A stretch of 64,000 nt of DNA from Paragordius varius (Eukaryota > Animalia > Nematomorpha), in assembly GCA_964247055.1 (NCBI GenBank), contig OZ176051.1, forward strand, positions 15,133,085 through 15,197,084, given 5' to 3'. The notes under the pieces are model-generated. The model made no database searches. It was not told the DNA's origin and saw nothing but the letters and a program-made list of their open reading frames with translations. Both the position numbers and the translations under genes were made by a program. Position 1 is the stretch's first letter, and each line of letters opens with the position of its first letter. Shown here in pieces: positions 52,601-64,000 of the stretch.

Positions 52601-55600
52601 TTAATGTTTTATGATTAATTTAATTTATTTTTGAAGCGTTTTAACAGAAACTAATAATGCTAAAAATATACAATAAATATTAATAAAAACAAAACTATTA
52701 ATGAACTTGTTTAAGTTTAATAGTGATTATTGCAATACAAAACATGTAAATTGGTAAAGTGATCATAATAAAAATCAAAAAAGCCTATTTTTCGTGATTT
52801 TCGAATATATGGCAACAAACTTCAAACTTTAGAAAAAATTTATAAAGTTACTAGAAAAACAATAATGATAATCTAAATCACGGTGTCAACACAATTCTCG
52901 GGCGCATACTTATGAGAATTAATATAAAACAGATGATCCTCTAATAAAGCAGCTCTCTGCATCGTTATTTTGATAAATTTAATAATTTTTTTTAATCAGC
53001 AATAGATAACATAAATCAGGGTGTCATTCGTGGGTTATATTAATTTATATAATTATTAATAAATATTTATCAAATTCTTAAGACTGTATTGCCAACACAA
53101 TAAATTTTTTCTAATTTATTGCCCTAAAAAATTTGACAGAGAACTATTACTTCTTATCAATATCTGGATTTGCAAATATTAAGTGGTCGCATATAACGAC
53201 TCAGCGGACTTCATGTAGCACCTTGGACACCATTTAAGATTTACATATGATCCAAATGTTTAGATTTAATATTTATTAACTAGAATAAATAACAGAGTAA
53301 AATGTATTTAACAATTGCTGTTATAATTGATACAAAATAAATTTTTGATTCCCTAACTTTTTTGATTTTACATTCTTCTACTTTATTCGAAAATAACCGA
53401 TTACTATCCGCATAATTAAAATACCGGTAACCATAATTTATAAATAGAAATTTTTAAAATCCGCGATTTTTATGGATTTGAAGTTTAATCAAAAAAATTC
53501 CAAATGGTTATAGTTGTATATATTTCTAAAATTGTAATTAAACCATTCATCATATTATTAACGCTTACTATATTTCTAAAAGCTAAAATTTTTTTCATAT
53601 TTATTAGTCTTCTAATGTAAATCAAATTCAGAAATTGAAATTATACGGACAAAATTTAAAATATAAAGATAAATATTTTTTCATATGACAACCATAATTT
53701 TAAATAATTATTTAAAATATCATTGTTTTAAACGGTAAAGTATGAAATAAAGATGTAAATTGGTAAAACAATAAATTTATTTTACAATTGAAATAAATAA
53801 TTTTTATAAAATAATTAAGGTTTTTAAAAAGTATTATTGTGTTTTGAAGAAAAACTGTTTTGGAAATTTTTACGATTTGTCCGTATGTTTTCAATTTTAA
53901 CTGTAAGTTACGACCAGCTTTTATTACAACGATTAAATGGCATTGTCATTATTTAAAAATTTAAATACTGTATGAAACATTAAACCATTTTTATCCACTT
54001 CATTATGCGCACAAGAGTAGGTGGCATTTTTACAAACTTGCTTTATAAGTAAATAGGGGTCTCATCCATATCTTAAATGAGTAGTCGCAAAAATGACAGT
54101 CTATAATTTCATATATATTTTTAGAATATTTCGAATTAATCTAATCATAGAATTTTCTCTCATATCTCTTGTGTTAAATCAATATTATAATTTTAAATTT
54201 GCTAATTGTTTAAATTATGATTTTTTAGTTTTACGCATGACTGGGGTAAGACTTGAAAGCCATTTGCAAGGTAATGAAACAATTTAAACTTTATATAGCT
54301 TTAGGTGAATCAAGTATGCATGTATTGATAATCAATAAAATTAGATTTCATACAAAGTAATTATATTAATGAACATACAACAACTATTATAAAGCTTAAA
54401 ATACAAGTTTTTGAAAAACACCCATATTGTATACCTTGATTTTTTTAATACATTTAGAATAACAAATATATGCAATTGAGTTTGTTACCAATTAATACAT
54501 TATTTTTTTTGGATCCCAAAACGAGTTATTTTAATACAAGGTTTATAATATGGTTGTCTTTTCAAAAATGTTTCCTATATTTATGTTTTGTCGTTGTATT
54601 TTACCTTATTCATCAAAAATAATTGCATGGCAGTTTTAAGAGATCAAATAACAAGTAATATATAATATTATTTAATCATTGTGCCAAATTTCGGGGCAAT
54701 GAATTTATATAAAATAAATCAAAAATTTGGATAATATCTTGTAAAACGATTTTTTTGCATACTTTATAAAATAATTGATAGGAATTATTTATGAGATTGT
54801 TATCTACTCACATTCAATTATCCTATATTTGTGCGAAACTAATGCTTGCAATAAATTAGGGAAATTTTTAAGTTTAAAACGTTAAATCGGCCCAACCAGT
54901 CTGAAATAGCTGATTTCTAAAAATTATGGAATCAGATGTATGATGCTATAAATAGGATTCACTTTGTTTTAATTAGAAACAAAATTTTGAACACAAAAAT
55001 CGTAAAGTCCTTTACAGAAATAATTTTATAATATAATCTGTCGGGATGTAAATTTTACGGCATAAAGTATTATAGAGAAGTCAATTAGCAGTCATAAGTC
55101 AATCAAAAAGATAAATTAGGTGTCAAAAAGAGGCGCTTAACAGGTACAGCGTTTAGAGCATAAATGATGGTTGCAAATTAGAAGAAGTTTTAAAGAATAA
55201 ACAAGTTTTGTGGTATAAAAAGCGGAAAATCACAATATATAAAACCATGGGAAAATGATACCACAATAAAATACGTTTTAAAGAAGAGATGATTAAAAAT
55301 AGGGAGACTTATAAAGAAAATAAGTAAGCTAGGTAAACTAGTTAATTTAATAAGACGGAAAATGCTACAAATAATGACGGGATATAGCGAAAATTGAAAT
55401 TTTCCAGAAAAAAATAACTAGTTTATGGAATCAATTTTATAAACTTTGATATTCTTAATACAACCCGTCCTTTGGTTGGAAAAATTGCAAAGTTAATTAT
55501 ATATTTTTAGTTATTATCTAGTTTTCTAGAAAAGAAGGGTTTTCTAAATCATGGTTTTATCTATTGATTGTCTTTTTTTACTGTAACTACAAGGATCTTT

Positions 55601-57989
55601 AATTAATTACTATGAAGTTGTTTGTACTACCTGGAAAAGAAATGGGTTTATAGCAGTTAGATATCAAAGGTTTAGATAGATCTTTCACAGAGTCTATTCA
55701 TTGTTCTGTAAAAAGAATGAGTTTATGGACAATTTTTTTTTGTAGTAATCCTTGTATAACAGGCACCAAAGTAATTAAAGGCAAAGCTTTAAGCCTATTA
55801 TTGTTTTATATTAAATGTTTTTAAGTAGATATATGAAAAAGTAAAATATGTATGATGTTGATCTTATTCTTTAATATTTATATTTTTTAATCGAAAAACA
55901 TCTGGCTTAAAATGTTGCCTTGAATGTTATTCACCATAAGGGTAAATGCCCTTGGGTATAGAAGACAGAATTGTATAATGATTTTTAAATAATTGGAATC
56001 CCTGATAGTATATTAACAAACGATAAATGATATAATAAAGTGTGTTGGTAAAACTTATAACCAGAACTATGTTTCATGTTATAGTTGAGCCGATTATGTG
56101 CGTTAATTATAAACCTTTTCGATTAAAAATAAACAATATACTTTCAAGTAGCGACGACGAGAAAGGCTGTTGAATAACTAGGAATAACCTGGGAAAATAT
56201 GAGAGATGATAAAATTTAGGATGCATAATATAGTAATAGCGAAGGTATTAAAAAGGAAGAGGAGTTGATTATATTTATTTTCTTAAAATTTTTTGTTATG
56301 CCAGGTGCTGAATTTTGGGGCCTTGATTCACACACTGATATTTTAAATGATTATTTTTTTAATTAGATTTACGGCAACTTCTAGAAGGTATTTATATGTA
56401 GTTAAATATAAAATATTACAAACAGGCGTTGAGGACGGTTTTCAAGGTATTTTCGCAATATAGCATATTTTAAATTAATTAACATAAATTAAAAATTTGC
56501 AATAAAACATTTAAATTATTATCATAATTTGTGTTTTTTATATTAGTTCTTGAACAACGATTCAGTGGTACGTTTTTTTAGACAATGCGTAATGGAAATA
56601 ACTGAATTTTTAAGCTTTGTATAAAATTTTACCCTAGACAGTACATCCGCCACTCTAGGTAATTAAAATTAATCATTATATTTTAGCCAACGATCAAAAT
56701 ATAGTGGGTAAGATAATATTTGTATAATAATTTTTCATTATACCATGGCAGAAATATCCGAAGACATTAATGGTATAATTTAAATTCTAGTTCCACATAA
56801 TTAATAAATATATTGATGTTATTTTTTATAATAATAGACGCAACAAACGCTGAAGAATGTAAGATTATCGAAAATTTATTTTATGTTAATTTTGAACTTA
56901 TTTTTTTACATTATTTTCGTATCCATAACCTGGTATACAACTCTGCCGGTGTCATCAGCATTAACCTTTGTGTGATTTATCTCTTTGATGAAGTCATCTC
57001 CTTATTGGTCTTCTTGTCATTTTGGCAAAAGAGTGAGAATCTCTCTTTTCGACCAAAACTAACAGTCTAATCTCTATTCTATCGATTTAACATCCGTTGA
57101 ATATCTATCCTTTACTTTCCTTTTCGTTCAACCAATTTTTGTAAAAATGACGCCGAATAAATGCCTATGTCTATGACCTGATTATTTTGTCTCTCATTAA
57201 ATAAATAATTTTATCGCATAAAACACTAAAGTTTTAAAATTTAACCAAATTTATTTAATTATTTACATCGGTTTGATGTTTGCAGATTTTTACTTTAAAA
57301 AATCTGCTGCCTTTTATGTACTAATTATTATAGATAATATTCATGTATTATTCTTCATTGACCTCGCCGTTCCACTTTGATAACCCATTTGTTAAAGTTG
57401 GTACTTAAGCTAGTGTTATAATTAAATCCCAACTAACCTTTGATCAGTTTTCGCTATCAACTAATGCTTCGTTCAAAATTAAAAAATAGTTCGTATCTTA
57501 GTTTTATTCGATTGAATAATAATTAATTTAAAATAAATTACTGAACTAAATGTAAATTGGCAAAAAATTTAAGACTTATTTCTATATAAAATGTAACGTA
57601 ACCCTGATATTTTTTTGGGCTGGTAAGTTATCTTGCCAAACACAGTATTAACAGAAACTAAATTTTTGACTGCAAATTTATACAATTTTTTTATACATAT
57701 ATATATTTGAAGACATGGAGGCTATTGGTAATTTTAAATCAGCATAATGACATCTTTCACAACGATTTTAAATTAATAAAGTTTTATAACTTTTTGCTTT
57801 TCAATCGGTTTTTTTCGAATATACCATCATATTTTATTTTTTTCGAAAATGATTTAATATATACGTTTTTAACTGACAATTTTTTTTATGAAATAATTAA
57901 AATATAATTTAATTTTGCTTTCTAAATTCTTCCAAATTGAGGTATTTAATTAAATTTTCATATTAGATGAAGACAATAGAGAAATATGA
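49605..57989 (+). CDS. Predicted micro-exon gene, up to ~339 aa: signal-like N-terminus, glycine zipper, acidic linker, 7-aa helical modules
   Basis: Exons: 49605-49896, 49980-49991, 50049-50060, 50588-50806, 51135-51173, 51520-51558, 51811-51831, 52200-52220, [52536-52556 GC donor], 53000-53020, 54229-54270, 54299-54313, 54345-54356, 54634-54654, [55120-55143], 55303-55323, [55763-55780 GC donor], 56367-56387, 56426-56446, 56547-56567, 56638-56658, 56687-56707, 56752-56772, 56838-56858, 57967-57989 (stop). All internal exons are AG-flanked, a multiple of 3, phase 1-1 and stop-free. Bracketed exons are weaker. Confidence 0.75.
50830..51049. mobile_element. Tc1/mariner-like MITE in an intron of the micro-exon gene
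   Basis: TATACGGACAAA...AAAGACAAC arm inverted as GTTGTCTTT...TTTTGTCCGTATA; ends ACTG|TA. Confidence 0.7.
51215..51489. mobile_element. Tc1/mariner-like MITE, intronic
   Basis: Same family; right end TTTCAATTTTTACTG|TA. Confidence 0.65.
53629..53903. mobile_element. Tc1/mariner-like MITE, intronic
   Basis: CAGAAATTGAAATTATACGGACAAAA ... TTTGTCCGTATGTTTTCAATTTTAACTG|TA. Confidence 0.7.
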
Positions 57990-58239
57990 CTTGGTAAAAG
58001 ACGATGAAGAAAACAACATTAATTTTTTAACATTTAAGATTTTATATTGTGTATATAGATTATATAAAATGGTGTCAATAAATATTAAATATATTCATTT
58101 TTTAGTGCCTTTTATGGTTAAAAATTGAAATACAAAAATATATAAATCGTTTATAGTCCATTATTTTGGTACGACTTGAGTTGTATTGAAAAGCTCTTTC
58201 TAGATTATAAAAGGTTTGAACTCGAGTACACTAAATATG

Positions 58240-59210
58240 TGTAGAAGCTGTTCGACTAGCGACTCTTAGCCTTCTTGAAGATTAGCGAGTGTGAATTATT
58301 GTTTTGAGTATGGAACCATCAAGCCAAGAATAATGTTCTTTTGGAGCGATTCAGTTCAGTGAGATGAAGATATTTCATAGCCTCTAGATTATCAATTCGT
58401 AAAGCAAGAATTGATTTGATAAAGTTACAAATAAATGAATCAAAGATGTGGCCCAAGATCCTCTATAAGAACCGCGTTTAAAATGGGTCGGTCTTTATCA
58501 ATGGATTCAAATATGCTTAATTCCTGATAATATCAACGGATTACCGTTGCCGAATCCGAGCTGCGGTCAAAAAAACAGCATAAATATAATATAACTGTAG
58601 TCTGATAAAATTTGTTCGCTTATGTGTTTATTTTGGATACTTATGTCAGCAAGCAATTGAAACAGAACCATGTCGTACGCGTACCGGAGATTAGTAACAA
58701 TAAGACATCCGATATTCACTTTTATGTTGCCAAAAATCACAAGTAGGAGAGTTTTTTTTTCAGTATACAGGTTGAGAAAATGTGCATAAAGAACACATCC
58801 TTGTGTCACACCTTTGTGATCGGGACGGCCGTATTATGTTTTGGTAGCAGCTGTTTGTTAGCATACAGCGATTGTGGCCAATGTATTATGTGAGTGAAAA
58901 CTGCTTTCCATCGAAATAATCTTATCTTTGAATAAAAGTTAAGATTCATTAAAGGATACGTAGTGTTTACTTTGTAAACCCAGATTGTACGCCGGGTATT
59001 TATTATCTAGCTATTTTGGGTTTTTAATCTTAAAGAGATATTTGGGCAGTTTTTTGAATAGCAATCATACGAACAGGGTAAAAATTTCATTTTTTGAAGG
59101 GATGAATCAACGATTAAGATCAGTCGTTGGGCCAATGCTCAAATTTTGCAGGAGTTTAGTTAACTAATCTAGCAATGAATGGAAAAAGGTCATTGGAATT
59201 CCATTGTATC
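58240..59210 (-). mobile_element. Decayed RTE-type LINE RT fragment
   Basis: QGCVLYAHFLNLYTE...NIKVNIGCLIVTNLRYAYDMVL corresponds to the QGCvLSP.LFNlY.E...ItNLRYADD motifs (ORF 58567-58809). Confidence 0.8.
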
Positions 59211-59957
59211 CTTACACATCGGAGGAATAGAAGTGATGTAAGGTGGGTTAAAATCGTTCGTTTAAATTAGATAAGAGTTGGAAGCTTCAGATATGGGCCA
59301 ATATTAAATGACAAATATGGCATCCAAAAAAACCGAAACCTCAATTTAATTTAATAATAGTTCAATTGGTTTGAACGATTTACAAAAAAAATTCAGAGAT
59401 ATATGAATTCTGATATATAAAAATATGAGGTTTTCATAGTGTGATTTAGTTTTTACGAATAATTTAAATTAATATTTTTACTTTTGTTTTAATTGCTTGA
59501 TACTATAAATCGAATATTTACATCATCTCATTGATTTATTGATACTCTTCGCTAACACGACTTGGCAGAAAGCAGAATCAGAATGCTTGTCAATAAAAGG
59601 ACCTTTATGATTAACTTTTCTAATTTGCTTCGAATGCAAAAAAATATTAAAATTTTATTAATAGGCGCCCGCTCATTAGAAAATTGAGCTATAAAAAACA
59701 TTTTAAGTCGAAGATAATTGGGCAAATGGATATATTAAGGTCTTAGATAACCAATTTAATCAAATAGGTATCAATTATCAACTTCCCTCTATTTTAGTTT
59801 TATCTTCTATAAATTAATTCAAAAATATTAATTTTAAGTTGGAATGGGTTAATATTCCAAATTTAAAAAAAGTATCTATTGCCAAAAATTATATTGGGAA
59901 AAATATATGGCAAACGGAAAACTCATATATATGTTGAATAATATACATATTTATGTA

Positions 59958-59995
59958 TAAACTAGCTGGCCCTGTCACGCTTCACTGTGACGCGG
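59958..59995 (+). mobile_element. Possible Helitron/Helentron-type non-autonomous 5' terminus
   Basis: TAAACTAGCTGGCCCT followed by the hairpin GTCAC-GCTTCACT-GTGAC, resembling the ACTAG+hairpin starts of DINE/HINE-like elements; no 3' end identified. Confidence 0.35.
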
Positions 59996-61327
59996 TAACA
60001 TTGTAAGTCATCCTTTTTTTCAATAAATAGCGGAAACGGAAATATAAATAAAACTTAACCATATTTCAACCAAAATAATCGGGCTCAAGTATTGTAACTC
60101 AACACATTATCCATATAAAAGTTTCCTTATTAATTGACTGCCATTTAATTTATTTTGAAATTTTTGTTTTAAAAAATATTGGTCAATTCAAAGGGATATA
60201 AAAATGAAATTATTAACGATCTCATTTATAAATCAAAGATGATAAAAGCTTTTTAGTGATTTAATGTTAAAATTTTACAAACCTCAGGTTGAGTTTCATA
60301 AAATATCTTTGTTTAGTGGCATTTTAAATGAAAAGCGTTCACCTATAAGTTTTCCCTAAATAGAGATTTGTAACAAATTATGATCAAATAGATATCCTGA
60401 AAAGGGTGTGGCAGTACTCCTTTCCGCCACTGTCCACACAGACGACCCCTACCGCCTTCCAACGCTATTACACGCCTCAAAGCAAGGGGACTTTATATTT
60501 TTTGAAAATAGCCTAAATGCTGCCAATTACAGCAAACAGTTTTAAGCGGAATATATAACTTGAATAATGACTATTAAATATTATTATCTTAAAATGGAAT
60601 CATTAGAGTTAGACATGTAAATTTTTGGAATTCAAATATATAATTAATGCAATTATATTAAGCTTTTGCCATCTCTTACATGCTTATGTTAGCCGTTCAA
60701 ATGCTTAGTCTGCTTGCCGAGATTAGCCAATCCCTGTTTACAATAGTTTATTTTTCTGCTAGAATACAACTCTCATTATAGTCAGATCAATGTTAATTTT
60801 GATCGTACAAATCAGGCATATCATTGTCTTTAATTCCGTTGTTGAATATCTATTAAATTGGCTTAATATTATATACTACGTGTATATAGTTCTATTATAA
60901 AAATATTTTTTTTTCAAAATACAATCATACTTTATACAACCATGATTTATTATATAAAAATTGTTTAATTTCAATTGTAAAATAAATGTATGATTTACCA
61001 ATTCCATCTGTATTTCATACTTTCAAGTTCAAAACAATGAGTTTTATTATAAAAAATTAGAATTTTAAAAGTATATCTCTTAGAAAAAAATATATTCTAT
61101 ATATTTTTACATTTTGTCCGTATAAATTAAATTTTTAATGTATTTGCCTTTATCAATTAAAATTTTTACTTTCATTTTAAGTGTAGGAATTATGGATACA
61201 AGATAAGGATCTTATATATTTCAACTTTAAGGTCGGCGCTGTTTAGTTTATTCCTAATATCATTAATGTAAAAAAGGATGGATTAAATTTTGAAAAAGTA
61301 TGGATAAATTATCATTTAAACCTAAAA

Positions 61328-64000
61328 GGTTAAGGGTTAGGGTTAGGGTTAAGGTTAGGGTTAGGGTTAGGGTTAGGGTTAGGGTTAGGGTTAGGGTTAG
61401 GGTTAGGGTTAGGGTTAGGGTTAGGGTTAGGGTTAGGGTTAGGGTTAGGGTTAGGGTTAGGGTTAGGGTTAGGGTTAGGGTTAGGGTTAGGGTTAGGGTT
61501 AGGGTTAGGGTTAGGGTTAGGGTTAGGGTTAGGGTTAGGGTTAGGGTTAGGGTTAGGGTTAGGGTTAGGGTTAGGGTTAGGGTTAGGGTTAGGGTTAGGG
61601 TTAGGGTTAGGGTTAGGGTTAGGGTTAGGGTTAGGGTTAGGGTTAGGGTTAGGGTTAGGGTTAGGGTTAGGGTTAGGGTTAGGGTTAGGGTTAGGGTTAG
61701 GGTTAGGGTTAGGGTTAGGGTTAGGGTTAGGGTTAGGGTTAGGGTTAGGGTTAGGGTTAGGGTTAGGGTTAGGGTTAGGGTTAGGGTTAGGGTTAGGGTT
61801 AGGGTTAGGGTTAGGGTTAGGGTTAGGGTTAGGGTTAGGGTTAGGGTTAGGGTTAGGGTTAGGGTTAGGGTTAGGGTTAGGGTTAGGGTTAGGGTTAGGG
61901 TTAGGGTTAGGGTTAGGGTTAGGGTTAGGGTTAGGGTTAGGGTTAGGGTTAGGGTTAGGGTTAGGGTTAGGGTTAGGGTTAGGGTTAGGGTTAGGGTTAG
62001 GGTTAGGGTTAGGGTTAGGGTTAGGGTTAGGGTTAGGGTTAGGGTTAGGGTTAGGGTTAGGGTTAGGGTTAGGGTTAGGGTTAGGGTTAGGGTTAGGGTT
62101 AGGGTTAGGGTTAGGGTTAGGGTTAGGGTTAGGGTTAGGGTTAGGGTTAGGGTTAGGGTTAGGGTTAGGGTTAGGGTTAGGGTTAGGGTTAGGGTTAGGG
62201 TTAGGGTTAGGGTTAGGGTTAGGGTTAGGGTTAGGGTTAGGGTTAGGGTTAGGGTTAGGGTTAGGGTTAGGGTTAGGGTTAGGGTTAGGGTTAGGGTTAG
62301 GGTTAGGGTTAGGGTTAGGGTTAGGGTTAGGGTTAGGGTTAGGGTTAGGGTTAGGGTTAGGGTTAGGGTTAGGGTTAGGGTTAGGGTTAGGGTTAGGGTT
62401 AGGGTTAGGGTTAGGGTTAGGGTTAGGGTTAGGGTTAGGGTTAGGGTTAGGGTTAGGGTTAGGGTTAGGGTTAGGGTTAGGGTTAGGGTTAGGGTTAGGG
62501 TTAGGGTTAGGGTTAGGGTTAGGGTTAGGGTTAGGGTTAGGGTTAGGGTTAGGGTTAGGGTTAGGGTTAGGGTTAGGGTTAGGGTTAGGGTTAGGGTTAG
62601 GGTTAGGGTTAGGGTTAGGGTTAGGGTTAGGGTTAGGGTTAGGGTTAGGGTTAGGGTTAGGGTTAGGGTTAGGGTTAGGGTTAGGGTTAGGGTTAGGGTT
62701 AGGGTTAGGGTTAGGGTTAGGGTTAGGGTTAGGGTTAGGGTTAGGGTTAGGGTTAGGGTTAGGGTTAGGGTTAGGGTTAGGGTTAGGGTTAGGGTTAGGG
62801 TTAGGGTTAGGGTTAGGGTTAGGGTTAGGGTTAGGGTTAGGGTTAGGGTTAGGGTTAGGGTTAGGGTTAGGGTTAGGGTTAGGGTTAGGGTTAGGGTTAG
62901 GGTTAGGGTTAGGGTTAGGGTTAGGGTTAGGGTTAGGGTTAGGGTTAGGGTTAGGGTTAGGGTTAGGGTTAGGGTTAGGGTTAGGGTTAGGGTTAGGGTT
63001 AGGGTTAGGGTTAGGGTTAGGGTTAGGGTTAGGGTTAGGGTTAGGGTTAGGGTTAGGGTTAGGGTTAGGGTTAGGGTTAGGGTTAGGGTTAGGGTTAGGG
63101 TTAGGGTTAGGGTTAGGGTTAGGGTTAGGGTTAGGGTTAGGGTTAGGGTTAGGGTTAGGGTTAGGGTTAGGGTTAGGGTTAGGGTTAGGGTTAGGGTTAG
63201 GGTTAGGGTTAGGGTTAGGGTTAGGGTTAGGGTTAGGGTTAGGGTTAGGGTTAGGGTTAGGGTTAGGGTTAGGGTTAGGGTTAGGGTTAGGGTTAGGGTT
63301 AGGGTTAGGGTTAGGGTTAGGGTTAGGGTTAGGGTTAGGGTTAGGGTTAGGGTTAGGGTTAGGGTTAGGGTTAGGGTTAGGGTTAGGGTTAGGGTTAGGG
63401 TTAGGGTTAGGGTTAGGGTTAGGGTTAGGGTTAGGGTTAGGGTTAGGGTTAGGGTTAGGGTTAGGGTTAGGGTTAGGGTTAGGGTTAGGGTTAGGGTTAG
63501 GGTTAGGGTTAGGGTTAGGGTTAGGGTTAGGGTTAGGGTTAGGGTTAGGGTTAGGGTTAGGGTTAGGGTTAGGGTTAGGGTTAGGGTTAGGGTTAGGGTT
63601 AGGGTTAGGGTTAGGGTTAGGGTTAGGGTTAGGGTTAGGGTTAGGGTTAGGGTTAGGGTTAGGGTTAGGGTTAGGGTTAGGGTTAGGGTTAGGGTTAGGG
63701 TTAGGGTTAGGGTTAGGGTTAGGGTTAGGGTTAGGGTTAGGGTTAGGGTTAGGGTTAGGGTTAGGGTTAGGGTTAGGGTTAGGGTTAGGGTTAGGGTTAG
63801 GGTTAGGGTTAGGGTTAGGGTTAGGGTTAGGGTTAGGGTTGGTTAGGGTTAGGGTTAGGTGGTGGTAGGGTAGGGTTAGGGGTTAGGGTAGGGTAGGGTT
63901 AGGTTAGGGTTAGGTTGGTGTTAGGGTTACGGGTTAGGGTTAGGGTTAGGGTGAGGGTTAGGGTTGACGGGGGAGGGGTCGGGGTTCGGGTAGGATACTC
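61328..64000 (+). repeat. Telomere, (TTAGGG)n
   Basis: Two variant units (TAAGGG, TTAAGG) at the junction, a perfect array 61355-63838, and a degenerate last ~160 nt. The G-rich strand runs 5'->3' toward the window end. Confidence 0.99.

Noticed and set aside
61300-63846. 848-aa ORF as a protein-coding gene
   Set aside because: It is the stop-free GTT-AGG frame of the telomere repeat; not annotated as CDS.
63839-64000. Variant telomere repeats at the distal tip
   Set aside because: Progressive degeneration at the very end of the sequence is typical of low-coverage read-end error.

Overview
Right end of a very AT-rich eukaryotic chromosome, probably invertebrate; the organism cannot be named from sequence alone. 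About 61.3 kb of subtelomere is followed by a ~2.7 kb (TTAGGG)n telomere. The ORF track misses most real coding sequence because the genes are split into small exons. By reading splice signals manually I reconstruct four gene-like loci. (1) A micro-exon gene at 49605-57989: signal-peptide-like N-terminus, a glycine-zipper segment, an acidic linker, then many frame-symmetric (phase 1-1) exons, about 12-13 of them exactly 21 nt (7 aa), several forming an amphipathic helix. (2) A tandemly duplicated six-exon gene for a secreted 269-aa FN3-like protein (5573-7274, 10875-12596), with 9 synonymous vs 1 replacement difference between copies. (3) A frameshifted 8-finger C2H2 gene (24320-25449, minus). 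(4) A partial multi-exon gene near 14.3-15.7 kb. The rest is decayed mobile DNA (RTE-type LINE fragments, hAT derivatives, two MITE families, tRNA-derived SINEs, hammerhead-bearing Penelope-like fragments) plus a second ~3.4 kb tandem duplication. All gene models are hand predictions without transcript evidence, and boundaries of degenerate repeats are approximate.
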